Part shown: positions 18,782 through 29,137 of the stretch, one piece after another
How positions within the stretch are numbered: position 1 is the first letter of the stretch
Layout of the letters: each line of letters opens with the position of its first letter
Made by a program: the position numbers and the translations under genes
The notes under the pieces: model-generated
Told to the model about the DNA's origin: nothing
Database searches by the model: none
The model's input: the letters and a program-made list of their open reading frames with translations, nothing else
Sequence record: DRR723986_1321
Strand: one strand, 5' to 3'
Length of the DNA stretch: 56,884 bases

Positions 18782-20206
18782 CTAGGGCGCCAGAATAGGA
18801 TCCAGGCGGTGAAACAGCGGGTTGCCGGGGTCAGGGTCGGTACCGGCAATAATCATCGACAAGCGCAGGCTGCGCCGGTGCAGCGCGCATACCCAGGCCT
18901 CGTCGACGGATGCATCGCTATCACCGATCGCCTGCATTGCCGCAGCATCCGCCTCGGCCAGAGAGGCAAATGACTGCCCCATCACCGCGCCCAGGTCAGC
19001 GCAGGTTTCGCGTTCAAACCAGTCGCGGTAGCGACTGTAGTTGAGCAGGAAGCGCGGGATATCCGCCAACAACTCCCGCTCCCAGGGCTCAAAGGCGGTC
19101 GATGTGGGTAAGCGACCAATGTCCGTGAGCAGCTTCTCGAAACCCGACGCCTCCCAGGGCTTGGACACCGGCGGCGGCAGCTGCTGGGCGTAATCAAGCT
19201 CGATACCCTGTAGTTCGGCGATAGCCTCATAGGCGCGGCGGGTGATGCTGGCGTATTCAAGGACACCCTCAATCCAGTTTGCGCCGCGAGCATAGGGTTC
19301 CATGAAAAATCTCGCGCCAATCGCCGATAGCTGCAGGAAATTCACCGTGTGATAAGCCACCACCGGCAAGTCGACCTCCTCGCCGGTGACTTCTCCGTAG
19401 CGACGGTACAGCGCCGGAATATCACCCATATTTTCATAGGGGTGACGTCCCCGAAAACAGGCCAGGTCCCAGTGCGTGTCCCCGAGATTCGCTATTTCGA
19501 AATCCATCAACGCCAACACCTCGCTGCCGGCGGACATAAACTGGCCGGCATCGCCGGCAATAAAGCTCGCCCTGGTGCGATGTCGCGGAACATTGCGTCG
19601 CAGCCAGTGCTGCAGGAACTCAAAGGTGGGGTCGATCTTGTCCATCTTGGAGCCGATCCGGTACATCGTCTCGGTCGCATGCAGGGCAATCTGTGCCGCA
19701 CCCTCAGGCACCTGTGACAACCTGCGAATACCGGAGAAGGCGCTAACCGGTACCGCGTGCACCCTGGCCAGCTCCGGCATGTAATTGAGCATCGCCTGCC
19801 AGCGTTCGTCCGACATGGTACTGGGGTTTTCTATGGCGGTATGCAGCATGCCCGGGGCGCGGTCTTCCGTGTCGATCCACTGCATGACGAAAGCCTTGGG
19901 TGAATCCACCCAGCCGTAGATGTGCGGCACCTTGATGCCACTGGCTTCCAGTACCTGCATGACCTCCATCTCAAAACGGAGATCCTTCTCGCCGGCAATC
20001 GGCCGGTTGCCGCGGAACAATACGGCGTGGGTCTCACCGCCGGCGGTATAGCTTACCTTCCACTGCGGGCGCCAGCGTTCCAGCCGGGTTATGGCCAACA
20101 CCTCGCCACCCAGTTCGGCGGCAACCCAGGCGGCAATATCGGCATGGCATTGCTGTTCGTAGGCCTGCTGGTCGGACATGGCTTCGCTTGCTGACTCGGC
20201 GCTCAT
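18782..20206 (-). CDS. APH/phosphotransferase-family protein
   Basis: VPHIYG, LARVH, GDAGQF, LMDFE, GDTHWDLA; start codon uncertain. Confidence 0.8.
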   Translation of the reverse strand: MSAESASEAMSDQQAYEQQCHADIAAWVAAELGGEVLAITRLERWRPQWKVSYTAGGETHAVLFRGNRPIAGEKDLRFEMEVMQVLEASGIKVPHIYGWVDSPKAFVMQWIDTEDRAPGMLHTAIENPSTMSDERWQAMLNYMPELARVHAVPVSAFSGIRRLSQVPEGAAQIALHATETMYRIGSKMDKIDPTFEFLQHWLRRNVPRHRTRASFIAGDAGQFMSAGSEVLALMDFEIANLGDTHWDLACFRGRHPYENMGDIPALYRRYGEVTGEEVDLPVVAYHTVNFLQLSAIGARFFMEPYARGANWIEGVLEYASITRRAYEAIAELQGIELDYAQQLPPPVSKPWEASGFEKLLTDIGRLPTSTAFEPWERELLADIPRFLLNYSRYRDWFERETCADLGAVMGQSFASLAEADAAAMQAIGDSDASVDEAWVCALHRRSLRLSMIIAGTDPDPGNPLFHRLDPILAP

Positions 20207-20448
20207 CACTCTCTCCGCGGCTTCGCTGGCCTGCATATCAGGGTCTGCAGTGTAGAACAGCCAGCCCGGAAACCGGTCGCCCGGGAAGCGATCAATTCCC
20301 ATCCAATCGACCCGGTGCAAATAACAGAACCGCCCACGACGCGCGACAAAAGTTCCTGCAAGGCAACCACCTGTTACCACTCAGGCACAACTTGGACTAG
20401 GCTTGCTTAAAGCCTGCCAACAGGCAACAGAGCCCGGAGCCGACCCGT

Positions 20449-21534
20449 ATGACCAGACATTACCCCAGCCTGCCACGGCTGCTCGCAGCGTGCCTTGCCC
20501 TGGCGGCTATCTATGCGCTCTCTACCAGGGCCCAGGAAACCGATTGTGCCGGTAGTGGTGACTACGCGTTCATTTGCGGTCCGCAAAGTGCCGAAGACCT
20601 TGTACTGGTACCGAATACGCAGTGGGTCATCGCCAGCGGTTTCAGCGGCGACGCGTCACTGTACCTGCTGAACGCACAGGACAAGACCTGGAGCACCCTG
20701 GAAGTTGAGCGCACGGCGCCGGACACAGCAACTTACCCAGGCTGCCCCGAGCCACCTGATTTCACCAACTTTGTAGCCCATGGCCTCGCCATCCGCGCAC
20801 TCAGTGATGCGCAGTCAAGGCTCTATGTGGTCGGCCACGGCAGTCGCGAGTCCATCGAGGTGTTCACAGTCGATGCTGCTGCCGGGCGCCCCAGTCTCAG
20901 CTGGAACGGTTGCGTCCTGACCCCGGATGCCATGGAAGCCAATAGCGTCGCTTCACTTGCCGATGGCTCCCTGCTGGTCACGATCCCACTGTTTCACGGC
21001 ACATCCCTGGCCGACGCCATGCTGGGCAAGGCAACCGGCGCCGTCTATCGCTGGTCACCTGGCGGCAGCGAAATGACCCGCATAGAGGGCACTGAACTTC
21101 CCTACGGCAACGGCATAGAAGCCTCTCCGGACGGCGGCGAATTCTATGTCGCGTCCTCAGGCGTCTTCACCGTGACCGCATTTTCCAACACGGATCCCGC
21201 GCGCACACTCCGTACGTCCCAACTGATGTCGATCGTACCGGACAACCTGCATGCCGCACCCGATGGCACACTGCTAACCGCCGGACTGACGGCCAAAAGC
21301 GCTGCCTGCGGCGACATCGGCGGGCCGGGTGAATTCTCCCTGGAAGAGTTTGCCAGCTGCCCGCGGCCATTCCAGGTGATTGCGGTGGACCCGGCTTCCC
21401 TGGCCCTGACAACGCTGGCAGAAGGCCCGGCAAATCCCAATTTCAGTAACATCACCATGGCCCTGCCGGTTGGCGACGAGCTATGGATCGGCACATTCGC
21501 CGGTGACCGGATCGCCTACCGGAAGATGCCCTAG
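20449..21534 (+). CDS. Secreted SMP-30/gluconolactonase/paraoxonase-like beta-propeller
   Basis: Signal peptide, GPQSAEDL, NGIEASPDG, PDNL. Confidence 0.8.
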   Translation: MTRHYPSLPRLLAACLALAAIYALSTRAQETDCAGSGDYAFICGPQSAEDLVLVPNTQWVIASGFSGDASLYLLNAQDKTWSTLEVERTAPDTATYPGCPEPPDFTNFVAHGLAIRALSDAQSRLYVVGHGSRESIEVFTVDAAAGRPSLSWNGCVLTPDAMEANSVASLADGSLLVTIPLFHGTSLADAMLGKATGAVYRWSPGGSEMTRIEGTELPYGNGIEASPDGGEFYVASSGVFTVTAFSNTDPARTLRTSQLMSIVPDNLHAAPDGTLLTAGLTAKSAACGDIGGPGEFSLEEFASCPRPFQVIAVDPASLALTTLAEGPANPNFSNITMALPVGDELWIGTFAGDRIAYRKMP

Positions 21535-21710
21535 CCCACTGGCCCCTCGAGCACTGCGCTACACGCGGTGCGTGGCCCGACCCCAACTGCCTGCGAAGCG
21601 GGCAAGCGGCGACCGGCAGTTGATTTAGGCGACAACAAACAAAGCCCTGATTCAAGCTGCTGAACCGCTCGCGGTTTGAGCCCTACCGGGCATCGGCTAG
21701 GCTGTGGCTC

Positions 21711-22484
21711 ATGACAAACGGTAAGCGACTGGCCGGCAAGGCCTTTATCATTGTGGGAGCCGGCACCGGCATCGGAGCGGCGACCGTGCGGCGCCTGGTC
21801 AACGAAGGCGCGCGGGTCTGCGCGGCGGACCTGAACGTCGCCGCGGCCGAGGCACTTGGAGATGAATTGCGCTCCAGCGGCGGCGAGGTCCATGCGCTGG
21901 CGATTGACATCGCCCAGGAGGAATCGGTTCAGCAGGCAGTCGCTTCTGCCATCGACCTGCTGGGCGGCCTGCACGGCGCACATATCAACGCTGCCGATAT
22001 GAGCATCCTGCTCGAGGACACCGATGCACTCAGCGAGGACCTCGCCATCTTCGACCGGACCTTGCAGGTCAATCTGCGCGGCCACCTGCTCTGCACCCGG
22101 GCGCTCCTGCCCCTGCTGCTCGATGCCGGTGAGGGTGCGCTTGTCTACACCAGTTCTGGCGCGGCAGACGCGGGCGAGCCCGTTCGCCCGGCCTACGCGG
22201 CGTCAAAAGCCGGCATCCAGGCACTGATGCGTCACGTTGCCACCCGCTGGGGCAAGCAGGGCATCACGGCCAATTGCGTGGCGCCCGGCCTGGTAATAAC
22301 ACCCGAGATGACCGCCAGCGGACGCCTGCCTGAGGGTTTCGAAACGGCAATGCTCGCCAACACACCAAGCCGCAGACTGGGCAAGGTCGAGGACATTGCC
22401 GCCACCGTCGCCATGCTGCTGTCCGATGATGGACGCTGGATCAATGGCCAGGTCTTGCAGGTAAACGGCGGCGCACTATTTTGA
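21711..22484 (+). CDS. SDR oxidoreductase
   Basis: GAGTGIG, YAASK, WINGQ. Confidence 0.93.
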   Translation: MTNGKRLAGKAFIIVGAGTGIGAATVRRLVNEGARVCAADLNVAAAEALGDELRSSGGEVHALAIDIAQEESVQQAVASAIDLLGGLHGAHINAADMSILLEDTDALSEDLAIFDRTLQVNLRGHLLCTRALLPLLLDAGEGALVYTSSGAADAGEPVRPAYAASKAGIQALMRHVATRWGKQGITANCVAPGLVITPEMTASGRLPEGFETAMLANTPSRRLGKVEDIAATVAMLLSDDGRWINGQVLQVNGGALF

Positions 22485-22532
22485 TCGGCATGCAGACTGC
22501 TTACAGGGCCACGCGGCCCGGGGGAACCACGA

Positions 22533-23768
22533 GTGACAGATGAAAAATTACCACCACGGGTAGTCAGGTATGGCGGGGCCATGTACGGCCAGGAGGAAAT
22601 CGACCGGGTTAATGCGGTCATGGCGGACCCCATGGGTCTGGTTCCAGGCCGTTATGTCTCTGAGTTCGAGCAGCGGGTCGCTGACTTCATGGGCAAGCGG
22701 CATGGGGTCATGGTCAACTCCGGCTCCTCCGCGCTGCTCATTGCAATGCGCCTGCTGGACCTGCCACCGGGTTCGGAGATCATTACCCCCGCGCTCACGT
22801 TTTCCACCGACGTCGCCAGCATCTACCAGGCGGGGTATACGCCGGTATTCGTCGACGTAGGGCTGAGCGATTACCAGATCCTGGTCGATCGGGTAGCGCA
22901 GGTTATTACCCCGAATACCCGGGCCATGCTGGTCCCCGATCTGGTCGGTGGCATTTGTGACTGGGACCAGTTACGTGAGCTTGCCGACAAACACGGGCTG
23001 ATGTTGGTGCACGACTCCGCCGACACTCTCGGCGGCAGCCTTCGCGGGCGCAAGACCGCGACTCGCGCTGATATCTCCATTACCAGCTTCTCGATCTTCC
23101 ACATCATCACCGCGTTGGGTAACGGCGGCATGGTGTTCTTCGACGATGACCGCTACCTGGATCGTGCGCTTTCGCTACGCGCCTGGGGCCGATCCTCCGA
23201 GAAGTATATGTTCGGGACCAAGGTCCAGGAGAGCGATGGTCGCTTTCTGGAGACGCTTGATGGGGTTGACTACGATTCCCTGTTCATCTTCGAGGATCTC
23301 GCCTACGGCTTTATTCCGAATGAGGCCGGGGCCGCCTTCGGGATCGGCCAGATCAATCGCATTGAGGAACTGTGGACGCTGCGCAACGAACGTTTCCAGC
23401 GCTACTACCGGTTTTTCGCGAAATACCCGGAGCAATTCATTGTGCCCACCACCCTGCCGGAAACGGAAACGACCTGGATTTGCTTCCCGCTGCAGATTCA
23501 TCCGTCGACTGGCTGGAAGCGCAAGGCCTTACAGGTACACCTGGAGGACAACGGGGTGTTCTCCCGGGTCATATTCTCCGGCAATATCACCCGACACCCG
23601 ATGCTGCAGGGCCGTGAGTACCGGGTACACCCGGAAGGACTGGCCAACTGCGACCAGATCATGGAATACGGGATCATGCTGCCCTGCCACCCTACCATGA
23701 CCGATGAGGACTGCGCTTATGTGGAGCAGATACTGGAAGAATTCATCGCTGCGGATGGCAAGCCATGA
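22533..23768 (+). CDS. DegT/DnrJ/EryC1/StrS-family PLP/PMP enzyme, His-type (E1/ColD-like)
   Basis: VNSGSSAL, PVFVDV, HDSAD, SFSIFHIIT (His at the usual Lys position), RAWGR. Confidence 0.88.
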   Translation: MTDEKLPPRVVRYGGAMYGQEEIDRVNAVMADPMGLVPGRYVSEFEQRVADFMGKRHGVMVNSGSSALLIAMRLLDLPPGSEIITPALTFSTDVASIYQAGYTPVFVDVGLSDYQILVDRVAQVITPNTRAMLVPDLVGGICDWDQLRELADKHGLMLVHDSADTLGGSLRGRKTATRADISITSFSIFHIITALGNGGMVFFDDDRYLDRALSLRAWGRSSEKYMFGTKVQESDGRFLETLDGVDYDSLFIFEDLAYGFIPNEAGAAFGIGQINRIEELWTLRNERFQRYYRFFAKYPEQFIVPTTLPETETTWICFPLQIHPSTGWKRKALQVHLEDNGVFSRVIFSGNITRHPMLQGREYRVHPEGLANCDQIMEYGIMLPCHPTMTDEDCAYVEQILEEFIAADGKP

Positions 23769-24607
23769 ATGAGTTGAGCGGCCGGGTAGCACTGGTTACC
23801 GGCAGCAGCCGGGGGATCGGTCGCGCAATCGCCCAGCGCTTTGCCGCCGAGGGCGCCGCCGTGATCGTCAACGCCTCGCGCATGGGCCGACATGGCGCCC
23901 TGGAAGGAACCCTGGAAGACACCGTAGAGCTGATCAGCCAGGCTGGCGGGAAGGTAGCGGCAGTCGCCTGTGACCTTGGCGATCCCGCAGCGCGCGCGGA
24001 CCTGATTGCCCGCGCCAGCGAACCGTTTGGTGCGATCGATATCCTGGTGAACAACGCGGCCAGGGGTGACTTCAACCTGCCCAGTGCGATGAGTTCGGAC
24101 CAGCGCAACGCCATGTTTGATATCAACGTGAACGTTCCGGTAGAGCTGCTACAGCAAGCCCTGCCGGGGATGCGCGACAAGGGCATGGGCTGGTGCCTCA
24201 ACATCTCCAGTCGCACAGTAGAGCAGGGAGAGCCACCCTACCCCGATTCCAGGATAGCCGCCCACGTGATTGGTGCCTACGGCGCGACCAAGGCCGCCCT
24301 GAACCGCTATACCCAGGCGCTGGCGCATGAATTGGCGGATGACAACATCTTTGTGAACAGCCTCGCCCCCAACAACATCGTGCTGACCAGTGTGTCCGAG
24401 CAGGTGCGTGACATTGCCAGACGCAGGCCCGACATGATCGAGCCCCTGGAGATGATGGCCGAGGCCGCCCTGGAGCTTTGCAGCGCCAAACATGTCGGAC
24501 AAACGGTTTACAGTCGCAACCTGCTGCATGCCGTTGGCAGGAAGCTGCATAGCCTGGACGGCCAGCGCGAGATCGGTGACGCATTCACTCCCGGCGAACT
24601 GCCCTGA
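23765..24607 (+). CDS. SDR oxidoreductase
   Basis: TGSSRGIG, NNAA, YGATK; ATGA overlap with the upstream gene. Confidence 0.93.
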   Translation: MNELSGRVALVTGSSRGIGRAIAQRFAAEGAAVIVNASRMGRHGALEGTLEDTVELISQAGGKVAAVACDLGDPAARADLIARASEPFGAIDILVNNAARGDFNLPSAMSSDQRNAMFDINVNVPVELLQQALPGMRDKGMGWCLNISSRTVEQGEPPYPDSRIAAHVIGAYGATKAALNRYTQALAHELADDNIFVNSLAPNNIVLTSVSEQVRDIARRRPDMIEPLEMMAEAALELCSAKHVGQTVYSRNLLHAVGRKLHSLDGQREIGDAFTPGELP

Positions 24608-24729
24608 TCACAGCGTTCGATCCTGCCCGCGGCCAGGCGGTCCGGGCGACAAACTGTTCATAGCCAATATCCGCTCCAATCCCGCTGCCACGCGTGAGTC
24701 CCGGAGCGGCCCTTTCGATTTTCTCTAAA

Positions 24730-24747
24730 CCGTCGCAAAAGTGTCAC
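24730..24747 (+). promoter_or_regulatory. Candidate PHO box
   Basis: CCGTCGC-AAAA-GTGTCAC (11-bp period), 10 bp before GATACT and upstream of a phosphate transporter. Confidence 0.45.
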
Positions 24748-24851
24748 AAAGATTCTGGATACTCCGGCTGCTTAGGACTCACGCCGGCCAGACCCGGCTA
24801 GCCAGGGCCATCGCGGCAAACTCGATGGTGGTGGCAAACAAAGGGCAAAGA

Positions 24852-26093
24852 ATGAACGAGCGAGACGGCAAGAACGGGCGGCTTTTGCGCAGTGTATTTT
24901 TCTGGGTTACTGCATTGGGGCTGGTGTACCTGCTGTTGCTGGGTGTCAGCGTGATCGGTGGCGGATTCAAGTGGCTGTCCGGTGGCACCGAAGGAGCGGG
25001 ACAGATCTTCGCCTTCGCCAGTAACCCGATGTTCGCGGTCATCCTGGGTACCCTCGCCACGGCACTGGTTCAATCGTCGAGCACCGTCACCTCGGTGATC
25101 GTTGGCCTGGTAGCAGGCGGCGTCCCGGTATCCTTTGCAATACCCATGATTATGGGTGCCAATATGGGCACCACCATCACCAACACGTTGGTCAGCCTGG
25201 GGAATCTCGGGGAACGACGTGACTTTTCCCGCGCCTTCGAGGCAGCCACCGTTCACGATTTCTTCAACCTGTACTGCATCTTCATCTTTCTGCCCCTGGA
25301 GATATTTTTTCACCCCTTGGAACGTGCATCCGGCATTATCGCCCAGTGGTTTTCCGGGGGCAGCGGCGCGGACCTGGCCAGTGCCAATGTGATTGGGGCG
25401 CTGACCAAACCCGTCGCAAATAGCCTCCTGGATCTGTGCCAGTCCTTACCTACTGCGATCGGTGGCGCTCTGGCGATCGCCCTCGGCATTGGCATGATCA
25501 TGGTCTCCGTGATCTACCTGGGCAAGCTGTTGCGCAAGGCGATGACCGGCAAGGCACAGCGAATCGTCGACGCCGCTATTGGTCGAGGGCCGGTAACCGG
25601 CATCGCCTCCGGCACCCTGGTCACTGTACTGGTTCAGTCGTCATCAACTACTACCAGTATCGTGGTGCCGTTGGCGGGCGCCGGCGTGCTCACTACCCGC
25701 CAGATTTACCCCTTTACGCTGGGGGCAAATATCGGCACCTGCATTACCGCACTGCTGGCGGCGACTGCGGTAACGGGTGAGTACCAGGTGTATGCGCTGC
25801 AAATCGCCCTGGCCCACCTGCTGTACAACGTGTTTGGCGTGCTCCTGTTTGCCGTCGTGCCCTGGCTGTGGTCACTGCCAGTACGTTCCTCGCAGTGGCT
25901 TGGCGGTAAGGTCGCCATTCACCGTGGCTGGGCAGCGGGCTATATCTTCACCGTGTTCTTCGGCCTGCCCGGCGCTGTATTCGGGGCCGAATACCTGCTC
26001 TCCGATCCCGAAAACCGGGTACAGGACCTACGCGCCGATGGCCTGGAAGAGCCGGAACGCGCAGTAGAGGAGGCACAGCTTGCGATCGAATAA
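24852..26093 (+). CDS. Na+/phosphate cotransporter (NptA/SLC34-like)
   Basis: Duplicated LVQSSS and GANxGT motifs; AATVHDFFN. Confidence 0.92.
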   Translation: MNERDGKNGRLLRSVFFWVTALGLVYLLLLGVSVIGGGFKWLSGGTEGAGQIFAFASNPMFAVILGTLATALVQSSSTVTSVIVGLVAGGVPVSFAIPMIMGANMGTTITNTLVSLGNLGERRDFSRAFEAATVHDFFNLYCIFIFLPLEIFFHPLERASGIIAQWFSGGSGADLASANVIGALTKPVANSLLDLCQSLPTAIGGALAIALGIGMIMVSVIYLGKLLRKAMTGKAQRIVDAAIGRGPVTGIASGTLVTVLVQSSSTTTSIVVPLAGAGVLTTRQIYPFTLGANIGTCITALLAATAVTGEYQVYALQIALAHLLYNVFGVLLFAVVPWLWSLPVRSSQWLGGKVAIHRGWAAGYIFTVFFGLPGAVFGAEYLLSDPENRVQDLRADGLEEPERAVEEAQLAIE

Positions 26094-26250
26094 CGCGATT
26101 CACAGAATAATGCGGCTGCCCTGCCGTCCAGGGGCGACTTAACCCCCTCCTCTTCGACCAGTAAGCGACTCCATCGGCCATCAGTGATCGCACTCCCGGA
26201 AAACCGTATACTGGCACCCCCGCCACCACCGGTCGACAAGGGACCCCGCC

Positions 26251-26805
26251 GTGAAAGTTATCCTGATTCTCCTGACCCTCATCAGCTACCTGTTAATTGC
26301 CCGAGCCATCAGCCAGGCCATCGATAAGCTGGGACGCTACAAAGAGGTCCCGGAGCGGCGCATCAAGTACCTGACCAAAACCGCGAACATCTCGCTGTTC
26401 GTGCTCCTGGTTATTATCGTCTGCGTGATCATGGGGCTGGGCTACGGTGATATCTCGGTATTTCTGTCGTCAATCTTCGCGGTTATCGGGGTTGCGCTGT
26501 TTGCCCAGTGGTCGCTGCTGAGCAATATCACCGCCAGCCTGGTCATTTTCTTCGGCTTTCCCTATCGGGTGGGAGACAGGATCAAGGTGACCGATGCCGA
26601 TTTCGACCTCTCCGGCACCGTCGAGGAGATCAGTCTGTTTCACGTGCTGATCCGCACCGATGCCGGCAACGTCATCACTTACCCCAACAGCCTTATCCTC
26701 CAGAAACCTGTGATCAAGCTGGATCGGGGTAACACGGTGTTTCCGCAGAAAGTGTTCCCGCCGCAGGCACCGACCGAGCCGGCGAGCCCCGAACAGAAGA
26801 GGTAA
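26251..26805 (+). CDS. Small MscS-family mechanosensitive channel
   Basis: TM helices, LSNITAS, PYRVGDRI, GTVEEI, YPNS. Confidence 0.88.
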   Translation: MKVILILLTLISYLLIARAISQAIDKLGRYKEVPERRIKYLTKTANISLFVLLVIIVCVIMGLGYGDISVFLSSIFAVIGVALFAQWSLLSNITASLVIFFGFPYRVGDRIKVTDADFDLSGTVEEISLFHVLIRTDAGNVITYPNSLILQKPVIKLDRGNTVFPQKVFPPQAPTEPASPEQKR

Positions 26806-26871
26806 GCAGCACCCATCCGGGCCCGACTGGCGTCCCGCTGCCTGTGCGAGCTCAAGGCAACAGCGGTAGGT

Positions 26872-27861
26872 TCAGTGGCTTGCGGCGGCCCAGGCAAGCA
26901 CCTGGGTTTTTACCTGTTCGAAAAAGGCCGAGCCCGCGTGCTCGGGCCGCTGGTGAAACCAGCCGATAAGCGCCATACCCCGCAACATCAGAAACGTGTC
27001 CAGCAGCTGCTCATCATCAGGACCCAGCGGACGCTGTTCGCGATAAGACTCGAGCAGCGCCTGCCTGAGCGCGGGGAAATCGGTCGCGTCGACATACTCT
27101 ATCAGGGCAGAGGCGAGGTCATACAGGTGCCAGCCGAAGGCGCTGTCGTCAAAGTCGATCAGTGCCACCCGGTCGCCATCGATCAGCAGATTATGCGGAT
27201 GCAGATCTGCGTGAATAAGGCTGAAGCGCTCCGGGTGCATACCGTATTGCGCCAGAACAGCGCGCAGGCGCTGCCGGGTCCGCAGCAGCAACGACCGGTC
27301 TTCATCCGACAATGCCGCGTGCTCCCAGAATCGGCCCCAGCGCGGCTGCTCACCCAGCAGACCGTCCACGTCGAGTAGCGGGCGGCTGAAACCGGTCGGC
27401 ACCTGCCATTGCACTGCCTGGTTGTGGATTGTTGCGGCCAGAGTCCCGATCTGGCGAAACCGACGACAGCGCTCCTGACGGTCAGTGCAGTGTTCGAGGT
27501 AATCACCCAGGAGACTACCGGGCAGCCAGCTGGTCATGCCCGCATAACGGCTTTCAGCCATGCCGGGGATCGCCAGTTGCAGGAATTGCGCACCACTGTG
27601 CATGGGCAGTGCTTGCTGGACCTCGAGGCCGGCGTGCGCCAGGGCCGCGGTCCAGCTGCGCTCGGATTCCAGTTCCCGCAAACTGTTGTACCCGGGACGG
27701 TGCAGGCGAAGACTGAAGTCCCTGCCCCGCTCATCCCTCACCCGAAAAGTAAGATTCTCTGAGACGCCCACCGCCTCCATGCTACTGACCGTGATCGGGA
27801 ACTGCGCGACGGCGTCCCTGGCGGCGAGCAAGTAGCGGTGATCGACGACCTCAGCGACCAT
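26872..27861 (-). CDS. APH/hydroxylysine-kinase-like phosphotransferase
   Basis: SENLTF, LRLHRPGY, IHADLHPHNLL, IDFDD. Confidence 0.88.
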   Translation of the reverse strand: MVAEVVDHRYLLAARDAVAQFPITVSSMEAVGVSENLTFRVRDERGRDFSLRLHRPGYNSLRELESERSWTAALAHAGLEVQQALPMHSGAQFLQLAIPGMAESRYAGMTSWLPGSLLGDYLEHCTDRQERCRRFRQIGTLAATIHNQAVQWQVPTGFSRPLLDVDGLLGEQPRWGRFWEHAALSDEDRSLLLRTRQRLRAVLAQYGMHPERFSLIHADLHPHNLLIDGDRVALIDFDDSAFGWHLYDLASALIEYVDATDFPALRQALLESYREQRPLGPDDEQLLDTFLMLRGMALIGWFHQRPEHAGSAFFEQVKTQVLAWAAASH

Positions 27862-29137
27862 CCAGGCCCTCCATACAGGCGTCAAAGGCCGCGAGAAAAG
27901 CCTCGGCCTGCTCTCGCCCGAACACCAGCGGCGGACGGATCTTCACCACGTTGTTATAAGCCCCGGCGCAGGAGAGCAGGAAACCGCTGTCCTTGAGGCG
28001 CTCAGCAAGCTCCCGGGCGGTGACAGGATCAGGCTCCCTGCTCGCCGGGTCGCGGACCATCTCGATGCTGATGAACAGTCCGCTACCACGGACGTCACCT
28101 ATTACCGCGTGCGGTTTGCTGCGCACACGGAGTTCCCCCAACAACAGCGCACCGATTTCAGCAGCACTGCGTACCAGGTCCAGGCGCTCGATCTCATCAA
28201 TCACCGCCATCCCCACCGCTGCCTGCAGAGGCGTGGACGAAAACGTGTTGAAGTAGCCGGTAGCGGCACGGAAGGCCTCCACCTGTTGGCGGCTGGCAGC
28301 CGTGGCTGCCAGCGGTAACCCGTTGCCCATGGGCTTACCCATAACCACAATGTCGGGCTGGAAACCTTCGCGCTCATAGCCCCACCAACGACCGGTGCGG
28401 CCGTAACCCGACTGCACCTCGTCGGCGATCATCAAACCGCCCTCCCGGTGGACCAGCGCGGTAAGGTCCGCCATGAAACCCGCGGGGATGTCCGGCAAGC
28501 CCTCATTGGCGAAGATGGAACAGGCAATCAGTGCGGCGAATCCATGACCGTTAGCCTTCAGCTCACGGATGGCCGCCGCAGCCCGCTCAAGATAAACAGC
28601 CCCCAGTGCTTTATCGTCCAGTCCCAGGGTCACCGGGCGATAGCAATCCGGGTAGGGAAAACCGCGGATTTCACTGCCCGCGGGTGAATCGCCGCCTACG
28701 CTGCTTAGCGCGCCAACCAGCCCGGCGTTACCGTGGTAGGCCGAATCGGTACAGACGATGCCACGCTGGCCGGTGACGATGCGCGCCATCTGCAGCGCCA
28801 CATCATTGGCCTCGGTGCCACTGCAGCTGAACACAACGCTCTCGATACCGTGGTGATGCAGCCCGGCAAGCCGCTCAGCAAATGCAATAATGCCCTCATG
28901 CAGGTACCGGCTGTGCACATTGAGGGTGGCCTGCTGCTCCGCCATTGCTCGCACCACCGCCGGGTTGCCGTGACCGACACAGGGAACGTTATTGTACAGA
29001 TCGACATAGCGACGATCGTCGGCGCCATAAAGGTAAGCGCCCTCCCCCCTGACAATCTCGATCGGCGTGCGATAAAACAGTTCCGCACCGGCACCGAGGG
29101 CGAGATCCCGGCGCTCCTTCAGGGTCAGCGCACTCAT
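27851..29137 (-). CDS. Class III PLP enzyme, AGXT2L/phospho-lyase-like
   Basis: DLYNNVPCVGH, HSRYLH, SGTEAND, IADEVQSGYGR, GKPMGNG, YFNTF, KIRPP. Confidence 0.9.
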   Translation of the reverse strand: MSALTLKERRDLALGAGAELFYRTPIEIVRGEGAYLYGADDRRYVDLYNNVPCVGHGNPAVVRAMAEQQATLNVHSRYLHEGIIAFAERLAGLHHHGIESVVFSCSGTEANDVALQMARIVTGQRGIVCTDSAYHGNAGLVGALSSVGGDSPAGSEIRGFPYPDCYRPVTLGLDDKALGAVYLERAAAAIRELKANGHGFAALIACSIFANEGLPDIPAGFMADLTALVHREGGLMIADEVQSGYGRTGRWWGYEREGFQPDIVVMGKPMGNGLPLAATAASRQQVEAFRAATGYFNTFSSTPLQAAVGMAVIDEIERLDLVRSAAEIGALLLGELRVRSKPHAVIGDVRGSGLFISIEMVRDPASREPDPVTARELAERLKDSGFLLSCAGAYNNVVKIRPPLVFGREQAEAFLAAFDACMEGLDGR

